Shown: positions 52,122 through 63,848, counted from the stretch's first letter. The stretch is 64,000 nucleotides of DNA from Bacillota bacterium (GCA_050951405.1 JBMNIZ010000016.1:65544-129543), one strand, 5' to 3'. Program-made: numbers and translations. Notes: generated from the letters alone by a model not told the origin.

Positions 52122-53349
52122 CCCATCCTCCCTGTATAATTATTTTTACCTGACTGCCTGCCTCCAGGGGTCCCGTGCCCGCCGGAATATCGATCAAAGC
52201 ATTGCAAGCAACTAATGACCGAAGTATTCCCGGATTCTGCTTTCCTGCCAATTTGACCTGCCAAATGTTTTCCTTCCATGAAGCAACGCCCCGTAAGATT
52301 CGTCTCTGGGGGCTTTTCTTCTGAAAAGCTTCCACCAGGATCCCTTGAACGGTGAGTCGATACAGCTGCTCATAACCAGCCAAGTACCGAATTAAGGGCC
52401 GGGCCAATAGTTCAAAAGCAATTGACGCTGCCCCCGGATTTCCCGAGAGTCCCAGCAAGACCTTTCCATCCCTAACAGCCCCCACGGCTGCGGTGCCGGG
52501 ACGAATGTCAATTTTCCAGAACAGGACTTTCGCTCCGATTTTTTCAAAGGTTTCCTTAACTACGTCATAATCTCCTACGGAAGCGCCACCAGTAGTAATC
52601 ACCAGATCAGTTTCCGCCAGCGCCTTTTCCAACCTCTCCCCCAACGTCTGCGGCTCATCAGCCACCGTGCCAAGATTTACGGGAATAGCCCCCGCTTCTT
52701 GGACAGCCACCATCAGAGAGTAAAGATTGCTGTTCCGGATTTTGCCGGGAACTAAGGGTTGGTGAACTTCTACCAGTTCATCTCCTGTACTGATAATGGC
52801 GATGGAGGGCCGGCGAAATACCCGGGGATTGGTGCAACCTAAAGAGGCCAGCAAACCGGCAGCACCCGGAGTAATTACACTGCCTTTGCGCAAACCCCTT
52901 TCTCCTTTTTTTATATCTTCTCCCGCCCAGCAGATATTAGTACCAGGTAAAAAGGGATGTTTAATTCCCACTTTGTTTTCTGCCGACAAAGTGTCCTCAA
53001 AGCGAATAACAGCATCGGCTCCCGCCGGAATGGGTGCACCGGTCATTATTTTGGTGGCCGTCCCAGGAAGGACAGGATGCTTAGGCCAGCAACCAGCCGG
53101 TACTTCCTCCAGGATCCGAAGCCAGCAGGGACTTTCCTCGGTGGCTCCCTGGGTATCCTCAGCCCGAAAAGCGAACCCGTCCAAGGGGGAACGATGGAAG
53201 GGAGGAATATTGTTTTCCGCATAAATATCTTCTGCCAGCACTCGACCGCCAATTAGCTCCAAAGGCACCCGCTCAGAAGGCATTACTTCCATTAGATCAA
53301 AGAACAACTGACGAGCCTTCTCTAAGGGAATTAAAACCTGGGTGGTCAT
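52114..53349 (-). CDS. moeA: Molybdopterin molybdotransferase MoeA (start at MTTQVLIPLEKA)
   Basis: MoeA N/MoCF/C domains. Confidence 0.8.
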   Translation of the reverse strand: MTTQVLIPLEKARQLFFDLMEVMPSERVPLELIGGRVLAEDIYAENNIPPFHRSPLDGFAFRAEDTQGATEESPCWLRILEEVPAGCWPKHPVLPGTATKIMTGAPIPAGADAVIRFEDTLSAENKVGIKHPFLPGTNICWAGEDIKKGERGLRKGSVITPGAAGLLASLGCTNPRVFRRPSIAIISTGDELVEVHQPLVPGKIRNSNLYSLMVAVQEAGAIPVNLGTVADEPQTLGERLEKALAETDLVITTGGASVGDYDVVKETFEKIGAKVLFWKIDIRPGTAAVGAVRDGKVLLGLSGNPGAASIAFELLARPLIRYLAGYEQLYRLTVQGILVEAFQKKSPQRRILRGVASWKENIWQVKLAGKQNPGILRSLVACNALIDIPAGTGPLEAGSQVKIIIQGGWDG

Positions 53350-53350
53350 A

Positions 53351-54380
53351 TTAATTCCCTCCCTTGCCGAAGCCGCAATCGGGGAAACCACATTCCAGGC
53401 AGCCAGAGCACAGACCGCCATGGCCCAATCGAATAATATCTCGGCGCGATAATCTCTCTCCCGCCAAAATTCTGGGTAAAACAAGATCAAAAACCGTGGT
53501 GCTGTTATACATCACACATCCCGGTAAACCCAGAACCGGAATATCCCCAAAATAAGCCAACATGAGCATGGCACCAGGCAGAACAGGAGCTCCGTAACAA
53601 ATTATTTCGGCACCTGCCCCCTTAATGGCGGTAGGAGTCAGATCATCAGGATCCACCGACATGCCTCCCGTGGTAATAATCAAATGGCAGCCGGCTTCTT
53701 TGAAATGATTAACAGCATCAATAATAGCCTGTTTGTCATCGGGAACAACAATCTGCTCCAGAACTGTTGACCCAAAATGCTCAAGCTTTCTTTTGATCAC
53801 CGGCCCGAAAGCGTCCTTCGATTCTGCCGTAATAAATTTCATTCCCAGTAATAACCACCCCGCATGTTAATCGGTGAAAATCCTTAACCAGAATTACCCC
53901 AGGCCCTCCCGCGCACAGTTCCTCCGCCTGTTCAATTTTCTTTTCTTCGATCACCAGGGGAATCACCCGGGTGCCGCCAACAAGCTGATCGGAATAAACC
54001 ACCCGGTTGTTTTGCAGAGTAGCAACTACCATTTCCCCAATGGAATTAATCTTTTCCAGCAGAGGAACATCAATTTTTAAAAGGCCGAAATTTCTGGCAA
54101 TCAAATTGACCCTTCCTTCTTTCGGATCCGTCAAACGCACTCCTTCTCCCGCAATGGCCCTGGCCAGGCGAATTCCCCCTTCGTTTTCATGCAAGCTGCC
54201 GGGGCTTAGTTCCCAAACATAGATGTGATCTTTACCATTCCTCAGCAATTTAGGAATATCGTCTTTCGTAATGATGTGCCCTTTGGAAAAAAGAGGCCCT
54301 TTCCTTTTTCCGGGAACAATCTCGGTCACGTCATGGCAAAGGATCATCCCCACTGCATCTTCAACTTTAACCTTTTTCAT
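53351..54380 (-). CDS. MoeA-N-like plus MoCF-binding-domain protein (no MoeA C-domain), Cys-rich tail GHGGLCSGCLECGFPDCGFG; one frameshift near 53800
   Basis: Two overlapping ORFs; GG...TTGG MoCF-binding motif. Confidence 0.55.
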
Positions 54381-54986
54381 TATTTTCGCCCTCCATTTCT
54401 CCTGCAATGGCTCTGGCCTTTTGTAATTCCTCAGGAGTGTTGATATTAAAAAACGCCCTCGGGCTAATTCCTTTTTCCAGCAGTATATCTTGATCAATAT
54501 ATTTAACTGTTACCAGGGGATAAAAAGCAATTATTTTGGTAATGCCTTTCTCCAGACAGCTTTCGATAGGCTCAATACAGTTTTTGGAATAGACCGCAAA
54601 TAAAGGTTGAAAACGGTTCTTAAGCCTGGGAACGATTACATCATAATTCCCGGCATTCTCCAACATAAAAACAGCCAACTCCATTTCCAAAAAAGGCATA
54701 TCGCAGGCCACAATCAGGGAATGATTGTAAGAGGCCTTAATCAAACCCGCATGCATCCCACTTAAAGGCCCTTGGCCAAGAATAATATCCCTGGTAATGG
54801 TAACCTGCAGATATTCGTAAGCATCGGGTTCATTTGCCACTATAATAACTTCCCGAAAATACTTCTTGCAGGCCTTTACGGTCTTCTCGATTAGAGGTTC
54901 TTTCCCCAGGGTGAGAAAGCCTTGTTTCTTTTCATCCGGGTACTTTTACCGCCCGCCAAAATGATGGCCGATGCTTCAAGCAAAGT
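54367..54986 (-). CDS. mobA: Molybdenum cofactor guanylyltransferase MobA; frameshift near 54900
   Basis: N-terminus AIILAGGKSTRM in an adjacent frame. Confidence 0.7.
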
Positions 54987-54994
54987 AAAACACC

Positions 54995-55751
54995 TCATTT
55001 GGTGGTCCGGTCAACTTGTACCAGATCATCATCATAATCCACGGGCTTTTTTCTTACCAGCCTGGCAATTAAAATGCTGATTTCGTAAAGTAGAATCATG
55101 GTTCCCGCCATAAAGACCTGAGAAATCACATCAGGCGGCGTTAAGACGGCTCCTATTACAAAGCCGCCAAAATCACATATTTGCGCTTTTTCATCAAGAA
55201 CTGGGCGGAAATGATCCCGGCTCTGGTTAAAAATAAAACGATCAAAGGTAATTGGAAAATAAAGCCGAAAGGCAGCACAAATGCCAAAGAAAAGAAACAT
55301 ATCTGCTGACGGAAATCATAGCAGACAAACCTTCACCTGCTACCATCAGCAAAAATCCTGCTGCAAAACGGAAGACAGTGTAATAAGCAAAAGAAACTCC
55401 GCTGGCAAACAACACCAAGGAAATGGGAAGTAGGCTCAGAACGGCCCTTTTTTCGTTAGGGCGCAGGGCGGGAACAACATAGCCCCAAATCTGCCAAAAA
55501 AGCACAGGGGATACCAAAACCACCCCCGCCACAATTGAGATCTTCACTTTAGTAAGGAAGGCCTCCGTCATGCTAATATAAACTAAAGACACTTCAAATT
55601 CCTTGAGGGGATCAGTGGCCACCTCAAACAAAAAATCCCCCCAAGCAAAAAAACAAATCATGCTCCCTGCAAAAACGGCAATCACGCAGATTACAATTAC
55701 TCTGCGCAATTCTTCCAGATGTTCCACGATGGACATGTTTTTGTCATCCAT
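54995..55751 (-). CDS. tatC: Sec-independent (twin-arginine) translocase subunit TatC; one frameshift
   Basis: TatC TM signature across two overlapping ORFs. Confidence 0.75.
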
Positions 55752-55811
55752 ACTTTTACGCTCCTCCAGGGCAGCTTACATAAACAAAATGTGGGCATGG
55801 TTCGCCGGCTA

Positions 55812-56849
55812 TTAATCGCCTTCGGTATTGAAATGAAGAGCCTGCTGCTCCAGATCAGGTTTGCTTAAATTAAAATAACGATAAGTAAAGGGAGTAGCCA
55901 TCCTGCCCCGGGGTGTCCGCTGTAAAAAGCCCCTCTGCAACAAATAGGGCTCAAAGACATCTTCAACAGTGTCCGGTTCTTCCCCGATGGTAGCTGCCAG
56001 AGTGTCCAGACCCACTGGACCCCCGCCAAACTTATGGATAATGGTTAAAAGCATTTTCCGGTCCGTCTGATCAAGTCCTTCCTCGTCAATTTCCATCATT
56101 TCCAACCCCAACCGGGCAGTTTCCTGGTCAATAATACCATCAGCCTTTACTTCTGCATAATCCCTGACCCGTTTCAGGAGTCGGTTGGCAATTCTGGGAG
56201 TTCCCCGGGCCCGGGCAGCAATTTCCCTGGCGCCGGCCAGGTCAATCTTTACCCCCAGGATGCCTGCCGAACGGATGACAATTTGAGTCAGCTCTTCCGG
56301 TTCATAAAACTCCAATTTAGCGAAGAGACCAAAACGGTCACGAAGAGGAGAAGTCAAAAGGCCTGCCCGGGTAGTAGCGCCGATCAAGGTAAACCTGGGA
56401 AGATCCAATCTTATGGAGCGGGCACTTGGCCCTTTCCCAAGAATAATATCCAACACATAATCTTCCATTGCCGGATAAAGCACTTCTTCTATATTCCGGT
56501 TTAATCTGTGGATCTCATCGATAAAGAGCACATCTTTTTCTTCCAGGTTGGTTAAAATAGCCGCCAGATCCCCTGCCCTTTCTATAGCCGGTCCTGAAGT
56601 GGTCTTGATCTGAACTCCCATTTCATTGGCTATAATATTGGCCAAAGTTGTTTTTCCCAAACCGGGAGGACCGTAGAGCAGGAGGTGATCAAGTTCTTCA
56701 TTTCTTTGTTTGGCCGCTTCGATAAAAATCGACAGCGTCTCTTTGATTTTCGCCTGGCCGATATATTCCGCCAACCGACGCGGCCGCAAGTTCCCTTCTA
56801 TTTCGCTGTCACCTAGTAACCGGCTGCCTGATACAAATCTTTCATCCAA
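55812..56849 (-). CDS. ruvB: Holliday junction helicase RuvB
   Basis: Translation. Confidence 0.9.
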   Translation of the reverse strand: MDERFVSGSRLLGDSEIEGNLRPRRLAEYIGQAKIKETLSIFIEAAKQRNEELDHLLLYGPPGLGKTTLANIIANEMGVQIKTTSGPAIERAGDLAAILTNLEEKDVLFIDEIHRLNRNIEEVLYPAMEDYVLDIILGKGPSARSIRLDLPRFTLIGATTRAGLLTSPLRDRFGLFAKLEFYEPEELTQIVIRSAGILGVKIDLAGAREIAARARGTPRIANRLLKRVRDYAEVKADGIIDQETARLGLEMMEIDEEGLDQTDRKMLLTIIHKFGGGPVGLDTLAATIGEEPDTVEDVFEPYLLQRGFLQRTPRGRMATPFTYRYFNLSKPDLEQQALHFNTEGD

Positions 56850-57489
56850 TGTCCTGCCTCCTAGCACGGGCACTTTCCCGTAATACAAAACGGATCAAAT
56901 CTTCCACCGATGAACCTTCTCCCAACATTTCTTTTCCCTTTACCAGGAGAGGAGTAACCTCTTCGCTGCTGTAGCCAAGACTAAGAAGACCATTGAAAGC
57001 ATCTCGGAAAATGGGATCCGGCCCTGCGAAAGCCGCCTCCGGCCTCCCATCTCCCTCCTGCCGGTAATAATTGGCCACTTTATCTTTTAACTCCAAGATA
57101 AGGCGCTGGGCAGTCTTTTTTCCTATACCCGGCATTTTCATCAAATAAGCCAAATCTTCAGCCAAGATAGCCTGCATGAGGGAATTATGGTCGGTGGCAC
57201 CGACGATATTTAAAGCTACCCGGGGCCCAATACCGGAAACACTAAGGAGAAGTTTAAAAAGATGTAAATCATCCTGCTGTAAAAAGCCAAATAAAGAAGC
57301 TTCATCTTCCCGCAAATGAAAATAAGTATGAACAGCGACATTTTCCCCCAAAGGGGGAAGGGCGGCAACCAATTTGGCTGGAATCACCACATGATAGCCT
57401 ATCCCACCCACATTAATCACAATGTTTTCCCCGTCCCGGTATTGCAGTTTTCCTTGCACGAACGCTATCAATAGTCGGCCTCCTTGCAT
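56842..57489 (-). CDS. ruvA: Holliday junction DNA-binding protein RuvA
   Basis: Translation. Confidence 0.85.
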   Translation of the reverse strand: MQGGRLLIAFVQGKLQYRDGENIVINVGGIGYHVVIPAKLVAALPPLGENVAVHTYFHLREDEASLFGFLQQDDLHLFKLLLSVSGIGPRVALNIVGATDHNSLMQAILAEDLAYLMKMPGIGKKTAQRLILELKDKVANYYRQEGDGRPEAAFAGPDPIFRDAFNGLLSLGYSSEEVTPLLVKGKEMLGEGSSVEDLIRFVLRESARARRQDIG

Positions 57490-57503
57490 CCATCCACAAG
57501 CAA

Positions 57504-58004
57504 CTATTCACCGTGCTGTCGGAAAATATCATTCAGTTTTCTGGAATGGGCATGACAAATAGCCACGGCCAGAGCATCGGCTGCATCGTCAGGGCTAGGC
57601 CTGGATTCTAAACGAAGAAGAACCCGCACCATTTCCTGAATCTGGTCCTTTTCCGCTCTACCATAACCCACTACCGCCTGCTTAACTTGCAAAGGAGTAT
57701 ATTCAAAAACAGGCAATCCCTTTTCCACAGCCGCAAGAAAAATTACGCCCCGTGCCTGTCCAACAGCTAGGGCTGTTTTGACATTCTTGTTAAAAAACAG
57801 CTCTTCAACAGCCACACACTGAGGCTTGCATCTATCGATAAGTTCTTTCATATTCTCATATATTTGTCGAAGCCTGAGAGGAGTTGGATCTTGCGAAGAA
57901 GTTCTGATACAGCCATATTCCTTTTGAATACATCGAGACCCGTCCACATCAATCACACCAAAACCAACAATAGCTGTTCCCGGATCAATACCCAGAATTC
58001 GCAA
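57504..58004 (-). CDS. ruvC: Crossover junction endodeoxyribonuclease RuvC
   Basis: Translation. Confidence 0.85.
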   Translation of the reverse strand: MRILGIDPGTAIVGFGVIDVDGSRCIQKEYGCIRTSSQDPTPLRLRQIYENMKELIDRCKPQCVAVEELFFNKNVKTALAVGQARGVIFLAAVEKGLPVFEYTPLQVKQAVVGYGRAEKDQIQEMVRVLLRLESRPSPDDAADALAVAICHAHSRKLNDIFRQHGE

Positions 58005-58115
58005 GCGGTCTCACCTCCCGATACATATTCTACATGGAATGAAATTAACCTGCAAGGCAATCCTGGAGAAGGAAGGCGGTTCAATAAAAAAGGTCGGCAA
58101 CTAAGCCGACCTTTT

Positions 58116-58664
58116 TTATTGAAATTCGTCCAGGCTATCCAATGCTTCCAGCATTTCCAGCTCATTGGGGAACTCCATACCCTCAGCAAGCAGCTTCTCT
58201 TTCCATTCCGGAGGCAGCTTATAAATATTAATCTGGGCAATCCTTTCCAGCTCCGCTTCTTTGCTAACCGGGCCGATAAAAATCCCCACATAATCCCCCA
58301 CGGCTTTGAGATGTCTTTTCTCCAAATCATCCGGACAGAAGCCTTTGACCTGCTTGAGAAGAACCGCTCTTAAATCATTTTGAAAATACTGCCAGTCCAA
58401 ATCCTTCTGATACAGGCGCTGCATTTCCTCCAAATATTTCCTGCTAACATGCCCCATGTTTTCGGAAAACTCATGGCCGCATGCTTCATAAATAGTGGTT
58501 ATTTCCACGTTGACCAGTTCATCGGCAGCTTTTTTTTCACCAAATGCCCGCAAGAAAAATAAGTTTCTTCCTGCACCGCTGCTTGCCTGATAATAAACAA
58601 ATCCTCCAAGCAAGACCACCAGCACGATCAAGTAAACATAAACTCTTTTATTGAAACCGCCCAT
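58116..58664 (-). CDS. BofC-like sporulation protein (N-terminal TM/signal; weak similarity to BofC); beside ruvA as in B. subtilis
   Basis: Synteny plus weak motif similarity (VEITTIYEACGHEF..., GDYVGIFIGPVSKE...). Confidence 0.35.
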   Translation of the reverse strand: MGGFNKRVYVYLIVLVVLLGGFVYYQASSGAGRNLFFLRAFGEKKAADELVNVEITTIYEACGHEFSENMGHVSRKYLEEMQRLYQKDLDWQYFQNDLRAVLLKQVKGFCPDDLEKRHLKAVGDYVGIFIGPVSKEAELERIAQINIYKLPPEWKEKLLAEGMEFPNELEMLEALDSLDEFQ

Positions 58665-58770
58665 TTTTCTCTCCCCATAATCTTCTTTTCAATCATCTAA
58701 TATTGCCAAGCTTTACCTGTAATATACGGGGAAAGGAAAAAGAGCTGGTTGTTTCCCGGTCCTATTTTAT

Positions 58771-59670
58771 CTAAATAACACCCAGAATCAGCATCGCCCC
58801 CAACATATAAACAGAAGCAACCTTGAACAAACCTGTATCAAATTGAGGGGAGGGCCTTCTCACATAGACTAAAGCAAGAATGATCAGGGCTATACTTAAC
58901 AAAACTAAAGAAATGAGACTGTATCCTTTAATCTCTATAAGATAAGCCGCCAAAACAATACTCAAACTGGCTAAGCCGGTTGACAGAGCAATCACCACTC
59001 TTGTGGTCTTTTCCCCGTATTTTTCCGGAAAGGTGGGAATACCGGCTTTGCGGTAGTCTGCCTGGTATTTGATCTGGATGGTCATGATGTGGATCGGGAT
59101 CCAGAACAAGATAGCAGCGGATAATAGCAGACCGATCAGGTCCACAGTTCCCAAAGCCAACACCCTCCCGGCCAATATCGGCATGCCGCCGGCTATTCCA
59201 CCAAAAAAAATGGATAGATAGCTTGTCCTTTTCAACCAGAGAGTATAGATTATGATGTTGGCTAAAAAACCAATGAATACAATCCATCCGAATAACGGTT
59301 TCAGTAGAAAAGCCCCTCCAACCCCTAAAAATGAAAGAAAAGCGCCAAAAACAAGAGCTTTTTCTGCACTCAATACTCCACTGGGGAGAGGCCTCCTTTT
59401 CGTGCGTTCCATTTTATTATCCAAATCACGATCCATGACCATGTTGATAGCAGTACAACCGCTGATGGCTAAAAAAAGGCTGATCAGCAGAGGCAGTACT
59501 GTTTTCCACTTGGTTGCAGAACAGGCCACAGTACCAAAACCGGCCCAGCCTGTTAAGACAAGTAAAAAAGTTTGTTTACTCTTAATGAGGCTCCAATATG
59601 CTTGCATTTTTTCCATGAGAACTTTTGCTGGTTTCAGTGTTTTCATGTTTAAACGCTGCTGGATATGCAC
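58771..59670 (-). CDS. UbiA-family prenyltransferase, probably protoheme IX farnesyltransferase (heme O synthase)
   Basis: NMVMDRDLDNKMERTKRRPL motif and 8-9 TM segments. Confidence 0.55.
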   Translation of the reverse strand: MHIQQRLNMKTLKPAKVLMEKMQAYWSLIKSKQTFLLVLTGWAGFGTVACSATKWKTVLPLLISLFLAISGCTAINMVMDRDLDNKMERTKRRPLPSGVLSAEKALVFGAFLSFLGVGGAFLLKPLFGWIVFIGFLANIIIYTLWLKRTSYLSIFFGGIAGGMPILAGRVLALGTVDLIGLLLSAAILFWIPIHIMTIQIKYQADYRKAGIPTFPEKYGEKTTRVVIALSTGLASLSIVLAAYLIEIKGYSLISLVLLSIALIILALVYVRRPSPQFDTGLFKVASVYMLGAMLILGVI

Positions 59671-59750
59671 CGGCCCCTTCTCCTTTCAAAGCTTGCGCAC
59701 ACAGCTAAATCACAAATCGGATCATACGTAAGCAGGGGCGCAACATTATG

Positions 59751-59774
59751 CAAAAAAAGACCTGCCGGAGCAGG
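59751..59774 (-). terminator. Intrinsic terminator after yebC (acctgc-tccg-gcaggt plus T7)
   Basis: Read from the sequence. Confidence 0.7.
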
Positions 59775-59785
59775 TAATCTGTAGT

Positions 59786-60541
59786 CTAGTTTCCCAACTG
59801 TTCCATTATCTCCTCCGGAATTTCAAAATTGGCATATACAGCCTGGACATCGTCATGGTCTTCCAACAATTCCATAAGCCTCAATACTTGCCTGGCCTGG
59901 TCCAGGTTCGTAATCTCCAGTGTATTCTGCGGGATCTTGCTCAATTCGGAAGATTTTATGACATAGCCTGCCTGGAGCAATGCATTCTTAACATGCTCGA
60001 AATCCTCCACTCCGGTAATTACTTCCACCATGTCGCCATCTATGGATACGTCTTCCGCCCCGGCTTCGATAGCATCAAGCATTAAGGCATCCTCATCTGT
60101 CCTGGAAGTCAATTCCAGACTGATTACACCTTTGTTTTCAAACATCCAGGCCACGCACCCTGTCTCCCCCAGGTTTCCACCATGACGGGAGAATAAATGG
60201 CGGATTTCTCCCGCAGTACGGTTGCGATTATCGGTCATAATATTCAAGAGTATGGCCACGCCGCCTGGGCCATAACCTTCGTATACAGTTTCTTCATAAT
60301 TGACCGCATCCAGACCGCCGGCAGCTTTTTGGATATTTCGCATGATAGTCTCATTGGGCATATTGGCACTTCTGGCCTTTTGAATAGCTGCCTTCAGGCG
60401 GGGATTTGCTTCAGGATCAGGCCCGGCTTCCTTGACAGCTACCATCAACTCTCTGCCAATTTTTGTGAATATTTTACCCCTTCTTTCATCTACTTTACTT
60501 TTGCGGTGCTTAATATTCGCCCACTTGGAATGACCTGCCAA
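59786..60541 (-). CDS. yebC: YebC/PmpR-family transcriptional regulator
   Basis: [14 protein letters not shown]... Confidence 0.9.
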   Translation of the reverse strand: MAGHSKWANIKHRKSKVDERRGKIFTKIGRELMVAVKEAGPDPEANPRLKAAIQKARSANMPNETIMRNIQKAAGGLDAVNYEETVYEGYGPGGVAILLNIMTDNRNRTAGEIRHLFSRHGGNLGETGCVAWMFENKGVISLELTSRTDEDALMLDAIEAGAEDVSIDGDMVEVITGVEDFEHVKNALLQAGYVIKSSELSKIPQNTLEITNLDQARQVLRLMELLEDHDDVQAVYANFEIPEEIMEQLGN

Positions 60542-60614
60542 ATTACTCCCTCCTTTAGCGGTTTAAGCAGACGAGCCCCCCATCTGCCATCAGACAGACC
60601 AAAACCTCCGAAGC

Positions 60615-61352
60615 TTAAGCATCTAGTGGTGTGGGTGGCGGGAAGCGTTTGTGTTCGCTTTTTTTCCTTAAGTATTCAATGCGCTCTTTGATAGCTGGAT
60701 CAGCTTGCCCCGTCTGTAAATAATGATCCAATTCGGCATATTTCAATCCTAATTCTTTTTCATCCGTCTGACCTGCCGCCAGACCTGCGGAGGGGGCTTT
60801 CAGGATGATGTCTTCAGGGACGTGAAGATAATAGGCCAGTTCCTTCACCTGGCTTTTTAGTAAGTGTCCGATGGGCTCCAAATCTACTCCCCCATCGCCG
60901 TACTTGGTAAAATACCCGGTCATGATTTCACTTTTATTTCCCGTTCCCAGCACCAAGCAATTATGGCAGGCGGCCACATAGTAAAGTGTAGCCATTCGCA
61001 GTCTGGGTTTAAGATTTAATCTAGCCATCTCGGCAGCGTCTCCATCATCAGGCATTGCCCTGGTCATTGTCTCTATCAGCAGATCATAGACCGGACCCAA
61101 ATCAATTATTTTGTAAGGCAGCTTGAAGGCTTGGGCCACCAACTCCCCATGGCTAACATCTTCTGCCTCACTGTAACAAGGCATAATTAGACCCAGGGCA
61201 CTTTTCCCAAAAGCCCGAACGGCCAAGGCAGCAACAACTGCTGAATCCAAGCCACCCGACAGGCCAAAGACAACCCCAACCGCACCTGCCTCCTGGACTT
61301 TTCTCTTCATCCATCCCACAATCTGATCCACACTCTCTGCCCTTGTTTCCAT
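60615..61352 (-). CDS. nadE: NH3-dependent NAD+ synthetase
   Basis: SGGLDS PP-loop. Confidence 0.85.
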   Translation of the reverse strand: METRAESVDQIVGWMKRKVQEAGAVGVVFGLSGGLDSAVVAALAVRAFGKSALGLIMPCYSEAEDVSHGELVAQAFKLPYKIIDLGPVYDLLIETMTRAMPDDGDAAEMARLNLKPRLRMATLYYVAACHNCLVLGTGNKSEIMTGYFTKYGDGGVDLEPIGHLLKSQVKELAYYLHVPEDIILKAPSAGLAAGQTDEKELGLKYAELDHYLQTGQADPAIKERIEYLRKKSEHKRFPPPTPLDA

Positions 61353-61390
61353 AACAGTCCTCCTCGATCTCTATTATTTTCGGCAATTAC

Positions 61391-61424
61391 AAAGAAAAAA
61401 CCTTCTTGCACAAGCAAAAAGGTT
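61391..61424 (-). terminator. Intrinsic terminator after cysK
   Basis: aacctt...aaggtt hairpin plus a T-run on the minus strand. Confidence 0.55.
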
Positions 61425-61446
61425 TGTCAGGATTGCAAAAGATTTC

Positions 61447-62364
61447 CTAAAACACATCGGCAGACAAGTACCTCTCTCCAGTATCAGGGGCGATAGCTAA
61501 GACCTTTGTGCCTGATCCAAGTTGACGGGCCACTTCCAAGGCGGCAAATGCAGCTGCCCCGGAAGAAATCCCCACCAAAACACCTTCTTCCCTGGCCAGG
61601 CGCCTGCTTGTTGCCAAGGCATCAACATCAGTCACGGGAATAATCCGGTCAATGATTCCGGTATTCAGTACTTTGGGGATAAAACCAGCACCAATTCCTT
61701 GAATCTTATGGGGTCCAGGTGCTTTCCCCGAAAGAACAGCCGAAGCCTCCGGTTCTACGGCAATAACCTCCAGCCCGGCAATTCTATTCTTCAGCACTTC
61801 GCCGATCCCAGTAATGGTGCCTCCTGTACCAACTCCGACAACCAGTGCATTTAATTTCCCTTCCATCTGTTCATAAATCTCCAAAGCGGTAGTTTCTCTG
61901 TGTATTTTGGGATTGGCGGGATTTTCAAATTGCTGGGCCATGAAATAATTCTTGTTTTTTCGGCAGAGCTCCAGCGCTTTGTTTATTGCTCCTTGCATCC
62001 CCTCAGATCCAGGAGTCAAGACGATTTCTGCTCCATAGGCAGCCATAAGCTTTCTTCTTTCTACACTCATGGTTTCAGGCATGACCAGAAGCAAACGATA
62101 ACCGCGAGAAGCTGCCACCATGGCCAATCCAATACCAGTGTTTCCACTAGTGGGCTCCACGATAACAGACCCTGGTCCCAGTTTGCCCTGCGCCTCTGCC
62201 TCCCTGATCATGCTGGCAGCAATTCGATCCTTAATACTGCCTCCCGGATTTGTAAACTCCAGTTTTAGATAAACCTGGCCGGCTCCTTCCGGCACAATAC
62301 GCCCTAATTTAAGCACCGGCGTTCTGCCAATCAATTGGGTAACATCCGCAGCCACCCGCATCAT
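61447..62364 (-). CDS. cysK: Cysteine synthase A (O-acetylserine sulfhydrylase)
   Basis: PLP motif SIKDR, GNTG. Confidence 0.85.
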   Translation of the reverse strand: MMRVAADVTQLIGRTPVLKLGRIVPEGAGQVYLKLEFTNPGGSIKDRIAASMIREAEAQGKLGPGSVIVEPTSGNTGIGLAMVAASRGYRLLLVMPETMSVERRKLMAAYGAEIVLTPGSEGMQGAINKALELCRKNKNYFMAQQFENPANPKIHRETTALEIYEQMEGKLNALVVGVGTGGTITGIGEVLKNRIAGLEVIAVEPEASAVLSGKAPGPHKIQGIGAGFIPKVLNTGIIDRIIPVTDVDALATSRRLAREEGVLVGISSGAAAFAALEVARQLGSGTKVLAIAPDTGERYLSADVF

Positions 62365-62461
62365 ATCTCTCCTCATTCCAAGTATTTTGATCGGTTTTTG
62401 TGATTTAATTTAACAGCAAACTTTCCCCTCTGTCAAGAAAAAATCTTGCCAAAGATAGTTT

Positions 62462-63676
62462 AGGGGAATTGCAAGTTTAATTGCCACCCATATTTTGGCA
62501 TCCTCTGATTGATTATACTGCCATCTTTGCCATCTCATTGGCAGATTTATATCCATGAATTTTTCTTGGGTAATTATTCATCCAGTTCTCAATTCGCCTA
62601 ATATCTTTCTGTTTAAGCTTGCTGATATCTGTGCCCTTTGGAATAAACCGACGTATTAGCTTATTAGCATTTTCATTGGACCCACGTTCCCATGCGCTGA
62701 ATGGGTGAGCATAATAGATTTTAGTCCGATGAGTGCCCGGCTTTCTGATTGAACTCTCTAATTCTACACTATTAAGAAACTCGCTTCCGTTATCTACCGT
62801 AATGGTTTTGAACACTTCTGAAAAGCGTGCTCCGTACTCTCTTTCAAGCCTATCCAGCGTTTTCTTCACTGATTTCTGTGTCTTTTCCGGCATCTTTCGG
62901 ATAATCTCTTTTCTAAACTTGCGTTCTGTTAGAACTAAGAGTGCGGCTTTGCCTTTCCCTTTGCCGCTTACAACACAATCCATCTCCCAATGGCCGGCTT
63001 CTTCACGAGTATTAGCTGCCGCAGGTCTTTCTTCAATGCTTCTGCCTTTTAGATTGTTGTGGGCAACTCGTACCCTCTTATGGCGATTTTTTTTAGGTAC
63101 TCGTTTTACTGGAAGGTTTTTATTTGTTATATTTGCAAATACTTCTTTGTCGATATAGTTATAGAGCGTTTTTGTGCATATACTAGTCTTAAATTTTAAG
63201 CCTTTTGCCCGGATTTCGCCAATGACTGCGTCAGGGGTATATCCCTCTTTGATAATCTTTTTTTCAATGTAATCGGCTAGTCCATGGTCATGACCGATCT
63301 TTAAGCATGCTCCCTTATTAGCAGCTCTCTCCCGGTATATTCGCTCTGCTGTATCTGCACAGTATCTATCAACATAAACCAGGTCGCTTCTCAGCATCCT
63401 AACAGTTCCACGGGCAATCTCACGTTCGATGGTTCGCTTATGCTTGCCTAACAGCTTTGCTATCTCGCTGGGTGACTTCTTCTCCTTTAGAAGAATTTCA
63501 ATCTGATAGCGTTCTTTTACAGTGATGTGTTTAAAGCGGCGGGAAGTCGTGGTACAATTGAGTTGACTCATGTGCTTTGCCTCCTTTATGTTTTTAAGCG
63601 TAGTTACCTTAAACATATCAGAGGTTTAGCCTTGAGTCTCTATTTTTTATTAAATGCGGCAATTAATTTTACAACT
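62462..63676 (-). mobile_element. IS30-family element copy 2 (intact, 1215 bp), flanked by the 14-bp direct repeat gccaaagatagttt (62448-62461 and 63677-63690)
   Basis: Ends match copy 1; direct repeat read from the sequence. Confidence 0.8.
62513..63571 (-). CDS. IS30-family transposase (identical to the 5272-6330 product)
   Basis: Translation. Confidence 0.8.
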   Translation of the reverse strand: MSQLNCTTTSRRFKHITVKERYQIEILLKEKKSPSEIAKLLGKHKRTIEREIARGTVRMLRSDLVYVDRYCADTAERIYRERAANKGACLKIGHDHGLADYIEKKIIKEGYTPDAVIGEIRAKGLKFKTSICTKTLYNYIDKEVFANITNKNLPVKRVPKKNRHKRVRVAHNNLKGRSIEERPAAANTREEAGHWEMDCVVSGKGKGKAALLVLTERKFRKEIIRKMPEKTQKSVKKTLDRLEREYGARFSEVFKTITVDNGSEFLNSVELESSIRKPGTHRTKIYYAHPFSAWERGSNENANKLIRRFIPKGTDISKLKQKDIRRIENWMNNYPRKIHGYKSANEMAKMAV

Positions 63677-63816
63677 TACCGCCAAAGATAGTTTATTTCA
63701 GCACAAACTCAGATCCATGACTAGTATTTTTATTTTGTTCAGGTTTTCATACTCTACCATTAGTTTAACCGCTGATGCTGATCAGTTTTTCCTCATTCTC
63801 TTTTTTATTCAATATG

Positions 63817-63848
63817 AAAAGACTTCCTTGTGACCAGGAAGTCTTTTC
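63817..63848. terminator. Perfect 14-bp hairpin aaaagacttccttg-tgac-caaggaagtctttt; candidate terminator
   Basis: Read from the sequence; weak U-tract. Confidence 0.3.
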
